A stretch of DNA of 57,898 nucleotides from Patescibacteria group bacterium (GTDB taxonomy: Bacteria > Patescibacteriota > Minisyncoccia > Phycocordibacterales > JACZSL01): the NCBI GenBank assembly GCA_022561335.1, contig JADFRL010000002.1, forward strand, positions 1-57,898, given 5' to 3'. Positions within the stretch are counted from its first letter, which is position 1, and each line of letters begins with the position of its first letter. Both the position numbers and the translations under genes were made by a program. Below, one piece after another: positions 48,394-57,897 of this stretch. The notes beneath the pieces were generated by a model. The model was not told the DNA's origin. It saw nothing but the letters and a program-made list of their open reading frames with translations, and did not search any database.

Positions 48394-50325
48394 ATGGGAA
48401 AAATTATCGGAATAGATTTAGGAACCACTAACTCTGCCGTAGCAGTTATCGAAGGTGGTGAGCCAAAAATAATTGAGAATGCCGAAGGAGCGCGAACCAC
48501 GCCTTCAGTAGTGGCGCTTTCGAAAGCCGGAGAAAATCTCTCGGGGCTTATTGCAAAACGACAAGCGGTGACCAATCCACAAAATACCATCTCTGGGATA
48601 AAACGATTTATAGGACATCGTTTCGACGAAAAAGCAGTACAGAAGGAAAAGAAAATTGTGCCGTACGCTGTTAAAAAAGCTTCTGATGGGGGAGTACTCG
48701 TTGTCATGGGAGATAAAGATTATCGTCCGGAAGAAATTTCAGCAATGATTCTACAGAAATTGAAGCGAGATGCCGAGGCAAAAATAGGGGAAACAATTAC
48801 TGAGGCTGTCATTACGGTTCCGGCGTACTTCAACGATGCTCAACGAAAAGCAACTAAAGATGCGGGAAGCATTGCGGGTCTCGATGTCAAGAGAATAATA
48901 AATGAACCTACAGCAGCCGCTCTGGCCTATGGCTTCAACAAGAAAAAGGACGAGAAGATAGTGGTGTTTGATTTTGGCGGCGGAACTTTTGATATCTCTG
49001 TGCTTGAGGTGGGGGATGACGTTATTGAAGTGAAATCGACTGATGGTGATTATCGTATGGGAGGCAAGGATATTGATCAGAATATAATTCGCTGGATTGC
49101 AGATGAATTTAAAAAGGAGTCCGGCATAGATATAACGACTGATCCTTTGGCCCTACAGCGTCTGGATGAAGCAGCGGAAAAAGCTAAACACGAACTCTCT
49201 ACGACTACTGAGACAGAGATAAATATACCGTTTATTACTTCCGACGCCTCTGGTCCTAAACATCTGTTGCTCAAAATGAGCCGGGCAACCCTTGAAGAAC
49301 TGGCACGTGATTATATCGATCGTTCAATTAAAATAACAAAGAGAGCTATGGAGAGTTCTTCATTTAGCATATCCGATATTGATGAAATAATTCTTGTGGG
49401 AGGACAGACGCGAATGCCGGCTATTCAGAAGGCTGTAAAGGATTACTTTGGAAAGGAGCCTAATCAGACAATTAACCCCGACGAAGTGGTAGCTATGGGA
49501 GCAGCCATTCAAGCAGGAATATTCCAGGGAGACGTGAAAGATATTTTGCTTCTCGACGTCATTCCTCTTTCCTTGAGTATAGAAACTCTTGGAAGTGTCT
49601 CTACAAAACTTATTGAACGCAATACTACCATCCCGACTTCAAAGACTCAGACGTTTTCAACTGCAGCCGATAATCAGACATCGGTTGAAATTCATGTTAT
49701 TCAGGGAGAGCGAGCTATGGCGGTTGACAACAAAAGTCTTGGGAGATTCATTCTCGACGGTATTCCCCCATCTGCACGAGGCATGCCTCAGATAGCGGTG
49801 ACCTTTGATATAGATGCAGATGGTATTTTGAGCGTTACAGCAAAAGATAAAGCATCCGGAAAAGAGCAATCAATTCGCATTGAAGCCCAATCCAGTTTAA
49901 CTGAAGAAGAGATCGAGCGCATGAAGAGGGATGCTGAGTCACACGTGGAGGAAGATAAAAAAATAAAGGAAACAACGGAAGCTCGGAATCTTGCTGATCA
50001 GCTTGTCTATACTGCCGAAAAATCTATAAAAGATAATGCAGATAAAATTTCAGGGGAATTAAAGAAAACGGTTCAAGAGAAAATCAAAGCTGTTAAAAGT
50101 GTAAAGGATGGTGAAGATAGGGAAGCCATCAAAGAGGCTACGGAGGCTTTATCTTCGCAGCTTCAGAAGATAGGTGAGGCGGTCTATGAGAAAGCTCAAC
50201 CCCAACCAGGCGCCAAAGGAACAGAAGATTCCAACTCAGATAACAGTATTCGTGATGCTGAATTTAAGGAGAAAGACGGCGAAGGAGACGGCGGAAACTC
50301 TGACAGCAACACTGATAAAAAATAA
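48394..50325 (+). CDS. dnaK: chaperone DnaK
   Basis: [23 protein letters not shown]. Confidence 0.98.
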   Translation: MGKIIGIDLGTTNSAVAVIEGGEPKIIENAEGARTTPSVVALSKAGENLSGLIAKRQAVTNPQNTISGIKRFIGHRFDEKAVQKEKKIVPYAVKKASDGGVLVVMGDKDYRPEEISAMILQKLKRDAEAKIGETITEAVITVPAYFNDAQRKATKDAGSIAGLDVKRIINEPTAAALAYGFNKKKDEKIVVFDFGGGTFDISVLEVGDDVIEVKSTDGDYRMGGKDIDQNIIRWIADEFKKESGIDITTDPLALQRLDEAAEKAKHELSTTTETEINIPFITSDASGPKHLLLKMSRATLEELARDYIDRSIKITKRAMESSSFSISDIDEIILVGGQTRMPAIQKAVKDYFGKEPNQTINPDEVVAMGAAIQAGIFQGDVKDILLLDVIPLSLSIETLGSVSTKLIERNTTIPTSKTQTFSTAADNQTSVEIHVIQGERAMAVDNKSLGRFILDGIPPSARGMPQIAVTFDIDADGILSVTAKDKASGKEQSIRIEAQSSLTEEEIERMKRDAESHVEEDKKIKETTEARNLADQLVYTAEKSIKDNADKISGELKKTVQEKIKAVKSVKDGEDREAIKEATEALSSQLQKIGEAVYEKAQPQPGAKGTEDSNSDNSIRDAEFKEKDGEGDGGNSDSNTDKK

Positions 50326-50445
50326 ATAGTATATTGCACAGCTATCGTTGATTTTTTGATAGGGTTTGCAATAATAGCAGTAGGCTTATTAGCGACACAG
50401 AACGAGCGAAATGGAGAAGTTTCACTTTTTCATTTCCGAGCCGAG

Positions 50446-50463
50446 CCTGCCTGCGCAGGCAGG
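50446..50463. repeat. perfect 18-bp palindrome CCTGCCTGCGCAGGCAGG
   Basis: Self-complementary; followed by GAGCT like the 9793 copy. Confidence 0.65.
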
Positions 50464-50580
50464 GAGCTCATAATAGGTAAATACCCGAGAAAAGGTGCAT
50501 TGCACTTTTCTCTCTAACTACAAGACGGTATAAGCAAGAGGGCTTGCCCTAAGGGACCTTTACTACTCTAATTAATCGCA

Positions 50581-51639
50581 ATGTCAAAAGATTATTATAC
50601 AATTCTTGGGGTGCAAAAAAGTGCCAATGCCGAAGAAATTAAGAAGGCATTTCGAAAGCTTGCACATAAATATCATCCGGATAAAAACAACGGCGACCTG
50701 GTAAAATTCAAAGAAATAAGTGAAGCGTATAGCGTCCTGTCGAATGAGAAACGCCGGGCTGAATATGATTCGTACGGCCGTGTGTTCAATGAAGGAGGAG
50801 GATCTCCATTTGAGGGATTTGATTTTTCAAGTGCAGGGTTCAATGCTCAAGATTTTGCCAACATTGATTTCTCTGATATATTTGGGGATATTTTTGGAGG
50901 TGCGCGAAGTAGAATACGACGTGGACGTGACATTTCGATTGACATCGAGCTTACGTTGAGAGAGGCTATCTTTGGAGGTGAAAAGCGTGTGCTGATTACA
51001 AAGGTTTCCCTTTGCGGCACCTGCAGTGGCAGTGGCGCCAAGATAGAGACCGAACTGGGCACCTGTACCGTCTGCAATGGCAAGGGAAATATCCATGAAA
51101 ATAAACGTTCTCTGCTGGGCACCTTTACTACCATGAGGGCGTGTGGAGCGTGCTATGGGAAAGGTACGGTACCTAAACAGAAGTGTTCAGCATGCAAGGG
51201 GCATGGCGTGCTCAGAAAAGAAGAAGAAATTATTATCGCCGTGCCTGCAAATATAAACGACGGAGAGATGGTCCGCATGAGCGGGGCAGGCGAAGCTGTC
51301 TCTGCAGGAACGCCAGGAGACCTTTATGTTAAGCTTCACGTTGAGAGTGACCCTCGCTTTAGGCGTGAGGGACACAATATAGTAACCAATCTTACCATTA
51401 AACTGACCGACGCAATGCTTGGCAAAGAGTATACCGTTCCGTCTTTTGATGGGGATCTCTCAGTTAAAATTCCATCAGGCGCAACGCCAGGTGAGATGCT
51501 CCGAGTGCGCGGCAAAGGAGCTCCAAAAGGAGGCGGTCAGCGCGGAGATCTTCTTATAAAAGTAAACATAACACTTCCCAAGAAATTATCACGAAAAGCA
51601 AGAAGACTTGTTGAGGAACTGCAAAACGAAGGAATTTAA
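50581..51639 (+). CDS. dnaJ: chaperone DnaJ
   Basis: HPD, four CxxCxGxG repeats. Confidence 0.97.
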   Translation: MSKDYYTILGVQKSANAEEIKKAFRKLAHKYHPDKNNGDLVKFKEISEAYSVLSNEKRRAEYDSYGRVFNEGGGSPFEGFDFSSAGFNAQDFANIDFSDIFGDIFGGARSRIRRGRDISIDIELTLREAIFGGEKRVLITKVSLCGTCSGSGAKIETELGTCTVCNGKGNIHENKRSLLGTFTTMRACGACYGKGTVPKQKCSACKGHGVLRKEEEIIIAVPANINDGEMVRMSGAGEAVSAGTPGDLYVKLHVESDPRFRREGHNIVTNLTIKLTDAMLGKEYTVPSFDGDLSVKIPSGATPGEMLRVRGKGAPKGGGQRGDLLIKVNITLPKKLSRKARRLVEELQNEGI

Positions 51640-51671
51640 TCGCTCTTAATTATAAATGCGCATAATGGAAT

Positions 51672-52199
51672 ATGGAATTCGGCTTTTCCACATTAGCACA
51701 GAGCGCACGAGCATATACTGCCACCACTTCAATTGAATTAATGCTGTTTGGTGGGATTTTCCTATTAATGCTTGCCTGGGGACTTGCATATGGAAAGTAT
51801 AGACTCAGCACTTTGATTATTTCTTTATATGCGGGTCTGACGCCATTCTTGCTGTTTCCTTATATCGATTCCGTCCCGTGGAATCCGGGACTACTTTTTA
51901 ATAAAATTGAAGTGCTGCCTGTGGTGTTATTCGCAGTTTTAGTTTTCTTTATATATTTCACACTAGTACCAATAATTGAATGTCAATTTTCTCGTGGGAA
52001 AATAAGAAGGTGGTTTGAAGCGGCAGTCTTAAGCCTTTCTACGACAATAACTCTCACAGCATCTCTTTATTATATTGGCATTTCTCAAACTATCATCGCA
52101 CCGCAATCACTTTTAGACTCTCTTTTCTTGGAGCCAGTCTATCTTTTCTGGTGGTTTTTAATTCCTCTTGTAGGACTGTATATCACAAAAGACTCTTAA
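51672..52199 (+). CDS. hypothetical membrane protein
   Basis: About 5 TM. Confidence 0.7.
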   Translation: MEFGFSTLAQSARAYTATTSIELMLFGGIFLLMLAWGLAYGKYRLSTLIISLYAGLTPFLLFPYIDSVPWNPGLLFNKIEVLPVVLFAVLVFFIYFTLVPIIECQFSRGKIRRWFEAAVLSLSTTITLTASLYYIGISQTIIAPQSLLDSLFLEPVYLFWWFLIPLVGLYITKDS

Positions 52200-52205
52200 T
52201 AATAT

Positions 52206-52889
52206 ATGAATAAACTGTATTTTATTTCACCCTTGATCTTACAGACTGCTATTTGGCCGATTACATGGCTTCTTTTTAATTTTTTTCTGCATCTTAAGAT
52301 ACAAGGACTGGAGAACTTCAAGCACCTTCCGCGCGGCGTTATTTTTGCTTCAAATCACTCAAGTGAATGGGATGTTATTTTGATACCCGCAAGTCTTCCT
52401 TTTTTATCTTCCTTTATGCCGATGTTTTACGTAGCAAGTGAAGACAAGGAATTTAAACATCCTAGATTTGGTTGGAAAAAGTATCTATACGGAGGTTTCT
52501 TTTTTAAAGCTTGGGGGGCATATCCAATAACGAAGGGGAAGCAAAACTACGACAGTGCGCTTAAGACTCACATTCGACTCTTACAGCAAAAGCGGAGCCT
52601 GTCAGTTTTTCCAGAAGGCGGAATACGTTCAGATAACATACCGCAAACTGCACATGGAGGGGTTTCGTTTCTCGCTCATAAAACGGGGGTCCCTATAATA
52701 CCTGTTGCAATAAACGGCATATCCAAGATTACATGTACAGAATTTATTTTACGAAAACGAGACGTAACAATTTACTTTGGAAAACCACTATACTCAAAAG
52801 ATATTTTTGATGACTCAAAAAATGTGAATATTCGAGACTATAAAGATGCCGCCAAAAGAGTGATGAAAGGTATATATAATCAAGTGTAA
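52206..52889 (+). CDS. PlsC-family lysophospholipid acyltransferase
   Basis: NHSSEWD (HxxxxD), FPEG, PIIPV. Confidence 0.9.
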   Translation: MNKLYFISPLILQTAIWPITWLLFNFFLHLKIQGLENFKHLPRGVIFASNHSSEWDVILIPASLPFLSSFMPMFYVASEDKEFKHPRFGWKKYLYGGFFFKAWGAYPITKGKQNYDSALKTHIRLLQQKRSLSVFPEGGIRSDNIPQTAHGGVSFLAHKTGVPIIPVAINGISKITCTEFILRKRDVTIYFGKPLYSKDIFDDSKNVNIRDYKDAAKRVMKGIYNQV

Positions 52890-52998
52890 AAGTTCAATCG
52901 GGAGTATATTTTTTAACATAACAACTTTTATCTTGTTCTACAAGGAATAAGTTATAATATTGTTACTACTCAATCGTATGTAGCTAAGTAATCAATAT

Positions 52999-53874
52999 AT
53001 GGAACCTATCGTTGATAAAGATCCACATCTTAATTATGAAGTTAACACTGTATTTAAAAAAGTACTTAATGTTTTTCTTATCCCTGTATTAAATGCTATT
53101 CCGTCTTCTTTTCAAAAATATATAAAAAAAACACATAAATCAGCTGAAGAAATTATTGAACACGCAACAACCCATCAAGCACTTGAAGTGTTATATAGAA
53201 AAGGTGATGAAAAGTATTCCAAGTCACTCTTCCACAGATTTTTCCATACAGTATGGTTCAATACAAATAACTCAAAAGCTGTAAGAAATCGCCTGCGGCT
53301 CACAAAAAGAGAAATAAAACGGTGTATTGATACATTAATAACTCAACGTAAAGATATACATATTTTAAGTATTGCTTCTGGCTCAGCTCGTTCTATAATC
53401 GAAGTACTTGCTGATATTAGGAACTATAATGGTGTCCTCGTGTCAGTTACTTTTTTAGACAAAGACCCTGTTGCACTCGAATACAGTAAGAATCTTGCCA
53501 AAGAACTTGATACAGTATTTGACTTAACATGGACAAACAGTACAGTGAATAATTTTTTTAATAATCTCACTGCAGCGCAGAAATTCAATATTATAGAAAT
53601 GGTGGGGCTAGTAGATTATTTCGACAATAACAAAACTACGTTAATCTTCTCATCCATATTTGATCACCTTGATGTTAACGGATTTTTAGTTACCGCCAAC
53701 ATCAATCATAATAGCGAGCAGAAATTTGTAACTGATGCTGTCGGATGGAAAATGAAATATAGATCTGCAGAATATCTTGCCGTGCTCATCACTAAAGCTG
53801 GATTTAATTCCGACAAGATGGATATATATTATGAACCCTTAAAAATACATTGTGTTATTACAGCATCTAAATAA
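52999..53874 (+). CDS. class I SAM-dependent methyltransferase (PhcB/YnbC-like)
   Basis: AVRNR, ILSIASGSA, FLDKD, GLVDYF, GW.M.YRS. Confidence 0.8.
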   Translation: MEPIVDKDPHLNYEVNTVFKKVLNVFLIPVLNAIPSSFQKYIKKTHKSAEEIIEHATTHQALEVLYRKGDEKYSKSLFHRFFHTVWFNTNNSKAVRNRLRLTKREIKRCIDTLITQRKDIHILSIASGSARSIIEVLADIRNYNGVLVSVTFLDKDPVALEYSKNLAKELDTVFDLTWTNSTVNNFFNNLTAAQKFNIIEMVGLVDYFDNNKTTLIFSSIFDHLDVNGFLVTANINHNSEQKFVTDAVGWKMKYRSAEYLAVLITKAGFNSDKMDIYYEPLKIHCVITASK

Positions 53875-53877
53875 TTT

Positions 53878-55482
53878 ATGGAAATATTTGCAATTTCGGG
53901 ACTTATAAATGGAATCGTTGCACTTGGTTTTGGTACTCTAGTCTTTTTTAAAAACAGTAAGGCATTGATAAATGTCTTATTTTTCCTTATGACGTTAGCT
54001 CTTACACTTTGGGCGTTTAGTTATTGGCAGTGGATGTCTAGTGGTGATGCTACAACGGCAATTTTTTGGGTAAGAGTACTATCGATTGGTTCACTTCTTA
54101 TTCCTGTCTTTTTCTTTCATTGGGTATTAGCAGTATTAAAAGAGATACGCGGTGTAAAAAAAATAGTCCTTGTATTTGCATACGTATTCGTATTAGCAAG
54201 TTTATCTTTTTCTTTTTCTCAATATTTTATCATAGACGTAGAACAAAAATTATATTTTCGTTTTTGGCCAAACCCGGGAATTGTTTATACTCTTTATTTC
54301 TTTGTTATATATATTGGTCTTATACTTTACTCTCTGTACTTACTCATAGCTCGCTTTCTTACTTCAGTTGGAGAACATAAAAACCAAATCCTATACATTA
54401 TTTTAGGAGCTATCTTTGGTTTCGGAGGTGGTTTGAGCAACTTTTTTTTGTGGTATGACATTCCCATACCCCCCTATGGCAATTTCTTAGTTGTTTTATT
54501 CCCTTTCTTTCTTAGTTACTCAATAGTTAAATATCGCTTTTTTAATATAAAGACGATTGCTACTGAGATTTTAGTTGTCTTTATCCTTATCACACTTTTT
54601 ATACAAATCTTACTTGCAAACTCATTATTCGAGATGATACTGCGGGGAACTTTTTTTACTCTTGTTGCAATTCTTGGATATCTTCTAATACAAAGCGTAT
54701 ATCGAGAAGTACAGACACGTGAAGAAATTGAAATGCTTGCAGAGGATCTTGAAAAGGCAAATGTGCGTCTGAAAGAGCTTGATCGTCTTAAATCAGAATT
54801 TGTTTCCATTGCTTCCCATCAATTACGGAGCCCTCTCACTTCCATAGGGGGATATGCATCACTTATCCTTGAAGGCTCATTTGGAGAGGTTTCAAAAGCA
54901 GTTAAAGAAGCGGTAAAGAAAATTTTTGACTCAAGCGGCCTCATGATGACTTCTGTTCAGGATTTCCTTGATGTGTCTCGCATTGAACAAGGCAAAATGG
55001 ACTACCATTTTGAAATTTTTGATATAAGGAAATTGACTGAGCTTGTCGTAGAAGAGTTGCGCCCCACAGCTCAAAAAAAGGGTCTTACCCTCTCTTTCAA
55101 CGCAAGTGAAAATGGTAGGTATAATATCAAGGCTGACTACAGCAAAATAAAACAGGTTTTGAACAACTTAATAGATAATGCGATAAAGTACACTGTGAAA
55201 GGCTCCGTAACTGTTGGTGTGTCTAAAAAGGAGGAGAGTAAAAAGGTGCTTATAGCAATTGCAGATACTGGAATGGGAATATCAAAAGAAACATTACCGA
55301 AACTGTTTGATAAATTTGTGCGCGCACGCAATGCCAATACTGTAAATGTTACTGGCACGGGACTTGGCTTGTACGTTGTAAAGGAGATGATCAAAGCCCA
55401 TAAAGGAAAAGTCTGGGCAGAATCAGATGGGGAGGGAAGTGGAGCTACTTTCTATGTAGAACTCAATGCCCATCAAGATTGA
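53878..55482 (+). CDS. 7TM (HisKA_7TM-like) sensor histidine kinase
   Basis: Large multi-TM N-terminus, SHQLRSPL, NLIDNAIKY, GTGLGL. Confidence 0.92.
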   Translation: MEIFAISGLINGIVALGFGTLVFFKNSKALINVLFFLMTLALTLWAFSYWQWMSSGDATTAIFWVRVLSIGSLLIPVFFFHWVLAVLKEIRGVKKIVLVFAYVFVLASLSFSFSQYFIIDVEQKLYFRFWPNPGIVYTLYFFVIYIGLILYSLYLLIARFLTSVGEHKNQILYIILGAIFGFGGGLSNFFLWYDIPIPPYGNFLVVLFPFFLSYSIVKYRFFNIKTIATEILVVFILITLFIQILLANSLFEMILRGTFFTLVAILGYLLIQSVYREVQTREEIEMLAEDLEKANVRLKELDRLKSEFVSIASHQLRSPLTSIGGYASLILEGSFGEVSKAVKEAVKKIFDSSGLMMTSVQDFLDVSRIEQGKMDYHFEIFDIRKLTELVVEELRPTAQKKGLTLSFNASENGRYNIKADYSKIKQVLNNLIDNAIKYTVKGSVTVGVSKKEESKKVLIAIADTGMGISKETLPKLFDKFVRARNANTVNVTGTGLGLYVVKEMIKAHKGKVWAESDGEGSGATFYVELNAHQD

Positions 55483-55551
55483 CAAAATTAGTTCCTTCTA
55501 TAATGCTTTAAAATAAGTGCCTGAAACATTATTCGTATCACTTGATAAGGA

Positions 55552-56053
55552 ATGAGCAAAGAAAAATGATATTCGAGAAAGTCCGCTCAGGCGCGCGTAT
55601 TTGCTTCTAAACGTGAATAATCCAACTGAACTTTTCAATACATATTTGATAGAAGATCAGAAAATAGTTACATCTAAAATTTCTGATTATCATGATCCAA
55701 AACTTATTACAAACAAAGTAAGAAGCATATTAGAAAAGGTTGATGCTCGTAAGATAACAAAGGAAGAGCAACACGAACGGCGCTTAATATTATGGCTCTG
55801 GTATCACCACGCGATCAGCTATGCCGTGTGGGGATATAAAGATAAAAGACGAGCTCAGAAATACTCATCATTGGCTCTTAAATACCATCCTACGAATCAT
55901 CCCAATAAAATTACTCGCTTATTATATTTACTCGTACGTGATCGATTTGCAGAGGCAAATACATGGGCAAAAACTATCAAAAAAGAAAATTTAGGGCGTA
56001 CAACTGCATTTAAATTATTGAAATTCTACAAAAAAGGAGGATTTTTTAATTAA
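55552..56053 (+). CDS. unknown WYHHAIS/NHPNKITRLLY protein, copy 1 (5' frameshift; track ORF 55601-56053)
   Basis: Paralog of 56415-56915; homology extends upstream of TTG 55601, and ATG 55552 is one base out of frame. Confidence 0.7.
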
Positions 56054-56064
56054 AAATGCCTAAC

Positions 56065-56093
56065 TTTACTGTATTCAGAGTTTGTAGTATTCT
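56065..56093 (+). promoter_or_regulatory. sigma-70-like promoter of the precursor gene
   Basis: TTTACT-N17-TATTCT. Confidence 0.4.
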
Positions 56094-56149
56094 GCAGACA
56101 GAGCTGTAACTTAGCTCTGCTAATTAACCTGAAAGGAGGTGATCTCTTA

Positions 56150-56308
56150 ATGAAAGACATTAAAGAGTTCGAAATAAACGAACGCACACCGCTTATGCTA
56201 CGGCGGATCGAGGAGAAGCCAGCGGTGACTCACCCAACCACGAACAACATGACGGTTGTGACGACTCCAGGTATGGAGCCCGAAATGCATGACCAAAAGG
56301 AAGATTAA
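56150..56308 (+). CDS. putative graspetide (ATP-grasp RiPP) precursor, 52 aa (not in ORF track)
   Basis: GAAAGGAGGT SD; MKDIKEFEINERTPLMLRRIEEKPAVTHPTTNNMTVVTTPGMEPEMHDQKED; own terminator; ATP-grasp ligase nearby. Confidence 0.75.
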   Translation: MKDIKEFEINERTPLMLRRIEEKPAVTHPTTNNMTVVTTPGMEPEMHDQKED

Positions 56309-56346
56309 CAGCGCGAAGGGTAGTTTTCTCCCTTTGTGCTCCAATA

Positions 56347-56376
56347 AAAGCCGCGATGAGTTTTCATCGCGGCTTT
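56347..56376 (+). terminator. intrinsic terminator after precursor
   Basis: AAAGCCGCGATGA-GTTT-TCATCGCGGCTTT. Confidence 0.75.
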
Positions 56377-56414
56377 ACTTATCAAATTATATTATGCTCT
56401 GCTATAATCAAAAT

Positions 56415-56915
56415 ATGGGAAGTAAAAAGAAGATTAACATTAAAAAAAGTCCACTTAAAGAAGCATATATATTGCTAGATGCAAAAGATCCCGGGGGACT
56501 CGATACTAAGTATAGAGAGAAAGATCAAATTCTCATGAAATCAGTTTCATGGGATTATAAGAGCCCAACACTTTTAATTCATAAAATAAAAGATATTTTG
56601 GAGCACGCTGAAATAAGTGGACTTTCAGCAGACGAGAAATATTGGCGCCTACACATATTGTGGTCATGGTATCATCACGCGATCAGTTGTGCCGTCTGGC
56701 GCTATCATGACCAAGCAAAAGCGCAGGTGTTTGCAAAGCAGGCCCTTATATATCAACCGGAAAATCATCCGAACAAAATTACGCGCCTTCTGTACTTTCT
56801 TGTGCATGATAAGCTGGCGGAGGCTGAAACATGGCAAAAAGGCATTACTACAGAACCAGAAAAAACTACGGCTATACGTCTGATGGAAGAATACAAAATT
56901 AATGGTCTTTTTTGA
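56415..56915 (+). CDS. unknown WYHHAIS/NHPNKITRLLY protein, copy 2 (166 aa)
   Basis: ATG 56415 six nt after extended -10 TGCTATAAT; paralog of copy 1. Confidence 0.75.
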   Translation: MGSKKKINIKKSPLKEAYILLDAKDPGGLDTKYREKDQILMKSVSWDYKSPTLLIHKIKDILEHAEISGLSADEKYWRLHILWSWYHHAISCAVWRYHDQAKAQVFAKQALIYQPENHPNKITRLLYFLVHDKLAEAETWQKGITTEPEKTTAIRLMEEYKINGLF

Positions 56916-56932
56916 CAGCTTTTGGTCGTAAA

Positions 56933-56967
56933 AAAAAGCCGCGATAATGAAATCTCTGCGGCTTTTT
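56933..56967. terminator. bidirectional terminator
   Basis: AAAAAGCCGC...GCGGCTTTTT between convergent genes. Confidence 0.65.
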
Positions 56968-56970
56968 CCC

Positions 56971-57897
56971 TTATACTTTCTTTCTTTCAAAAAGTGACTC
57001 GAGCATATCTGCTACGGCCTCAGGTATAGGAAGCTTAGCAAAGTCTGCAATCCAACCCCACTGTCCGGTTGGATTGACCTCTAAGAAGACAAAGTCTTCC
57101 TCGGGGGTCTCGATGAGATCTATCGCGCCGTATCGTAATCCAATTTTTTCCATGAAGCGCAGCAATTTCTGCTGAATATTTGCAGGTAGGTGAGATTGAA
57201 CGTGCGCCACATGCTCAAAGTCATAGTGCCGCCAGTCTACCTTTGTTGCTTCACTTGCTTGAGAATCTATTCTGCAAGACAGAACACGATTTCCAATTAC
57301 CATAACCCTGTGCTCGCAGTGTTTCTTTATGTATTATTGAGAGAAAATTGGGCACGCACGAATTGCTATACTTCTTTTAATCAACTCCTTGTGAGAAAAC
57401 CGTTGGGAGTAGAGAAAGTATCTTCCCTTATCGTCCAGACGAACATAACCAATTGACTTCAGCAAAAGTCCGTCGTGGTCATCAGAAAAGATTGTAACAC
57501 TCTCTGGATCGTTGCTTATCAATGTACGTGGTGCGATTAGACCGCACTGTTGTGCAATTAGCTGCTGATAGAGTTTGTTGCTTGCAAGAAAATCGACGGT
57601 CTCTTTCCGATTTACCCAAGAACATTCAAGGGTGGAAAGCAGAGAGCGGACAGCAGTCCGCGACTCGTTCTCAACGAATCGATCTTCAAGAGAGGAGCAC
57701 GTCGCTGTTGAGGAAACAGCACTCCCGCGTACATACCATGCAACATCAATGTCCGAGATAGGCAAGCGGAAACTCTCAGGCTCTCCCGTGTCCAATCTAA
57801 AGACATCGACGAAGCCAACAATATGACCTCCTTCATCCAAAGCTACACTAATCCTTTCTTCACTAGGGAAGCGCGAAGGGTCGAAAACATATATACA
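56971..57897 (-). pseudogene. MvdD/RimK-like ATP-grasp ligase interrupted by one in-frame TAA (5' end beyond window)
   Basis: FDPSRFP, WVN..A.NKLYQ..A...GL..PRTLISNDP, PIFSQ*YIKKHCEHRVMVIG, IDSQ..DWR, YGAIDLI, FLEVNPTGQW; both ORFs share one frame. Confidence 0.85.

Noticed and set aside
2009-55394. Many short antisense or alternate-frame ORFs inside long genes
   Set aside because: Shadow ORFs of well-supported genes, with no motifs or initiation signals.
56289-56414. N-terminal extension of the 208-aa track ORF
   Set aside because: Overlaps the precursor's end, a terminator and a promoter; paralog alignment supports ATG 56415.
57334-57336. Stop-codon reassignment as the explanation for the TAA in the ATP-grasp gene
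   Set aside because: TAA, TAG and TGA all end conserved genes at the expected positions (murI TAA, rpsI TAG, ychF TGA), so code 11 applies.
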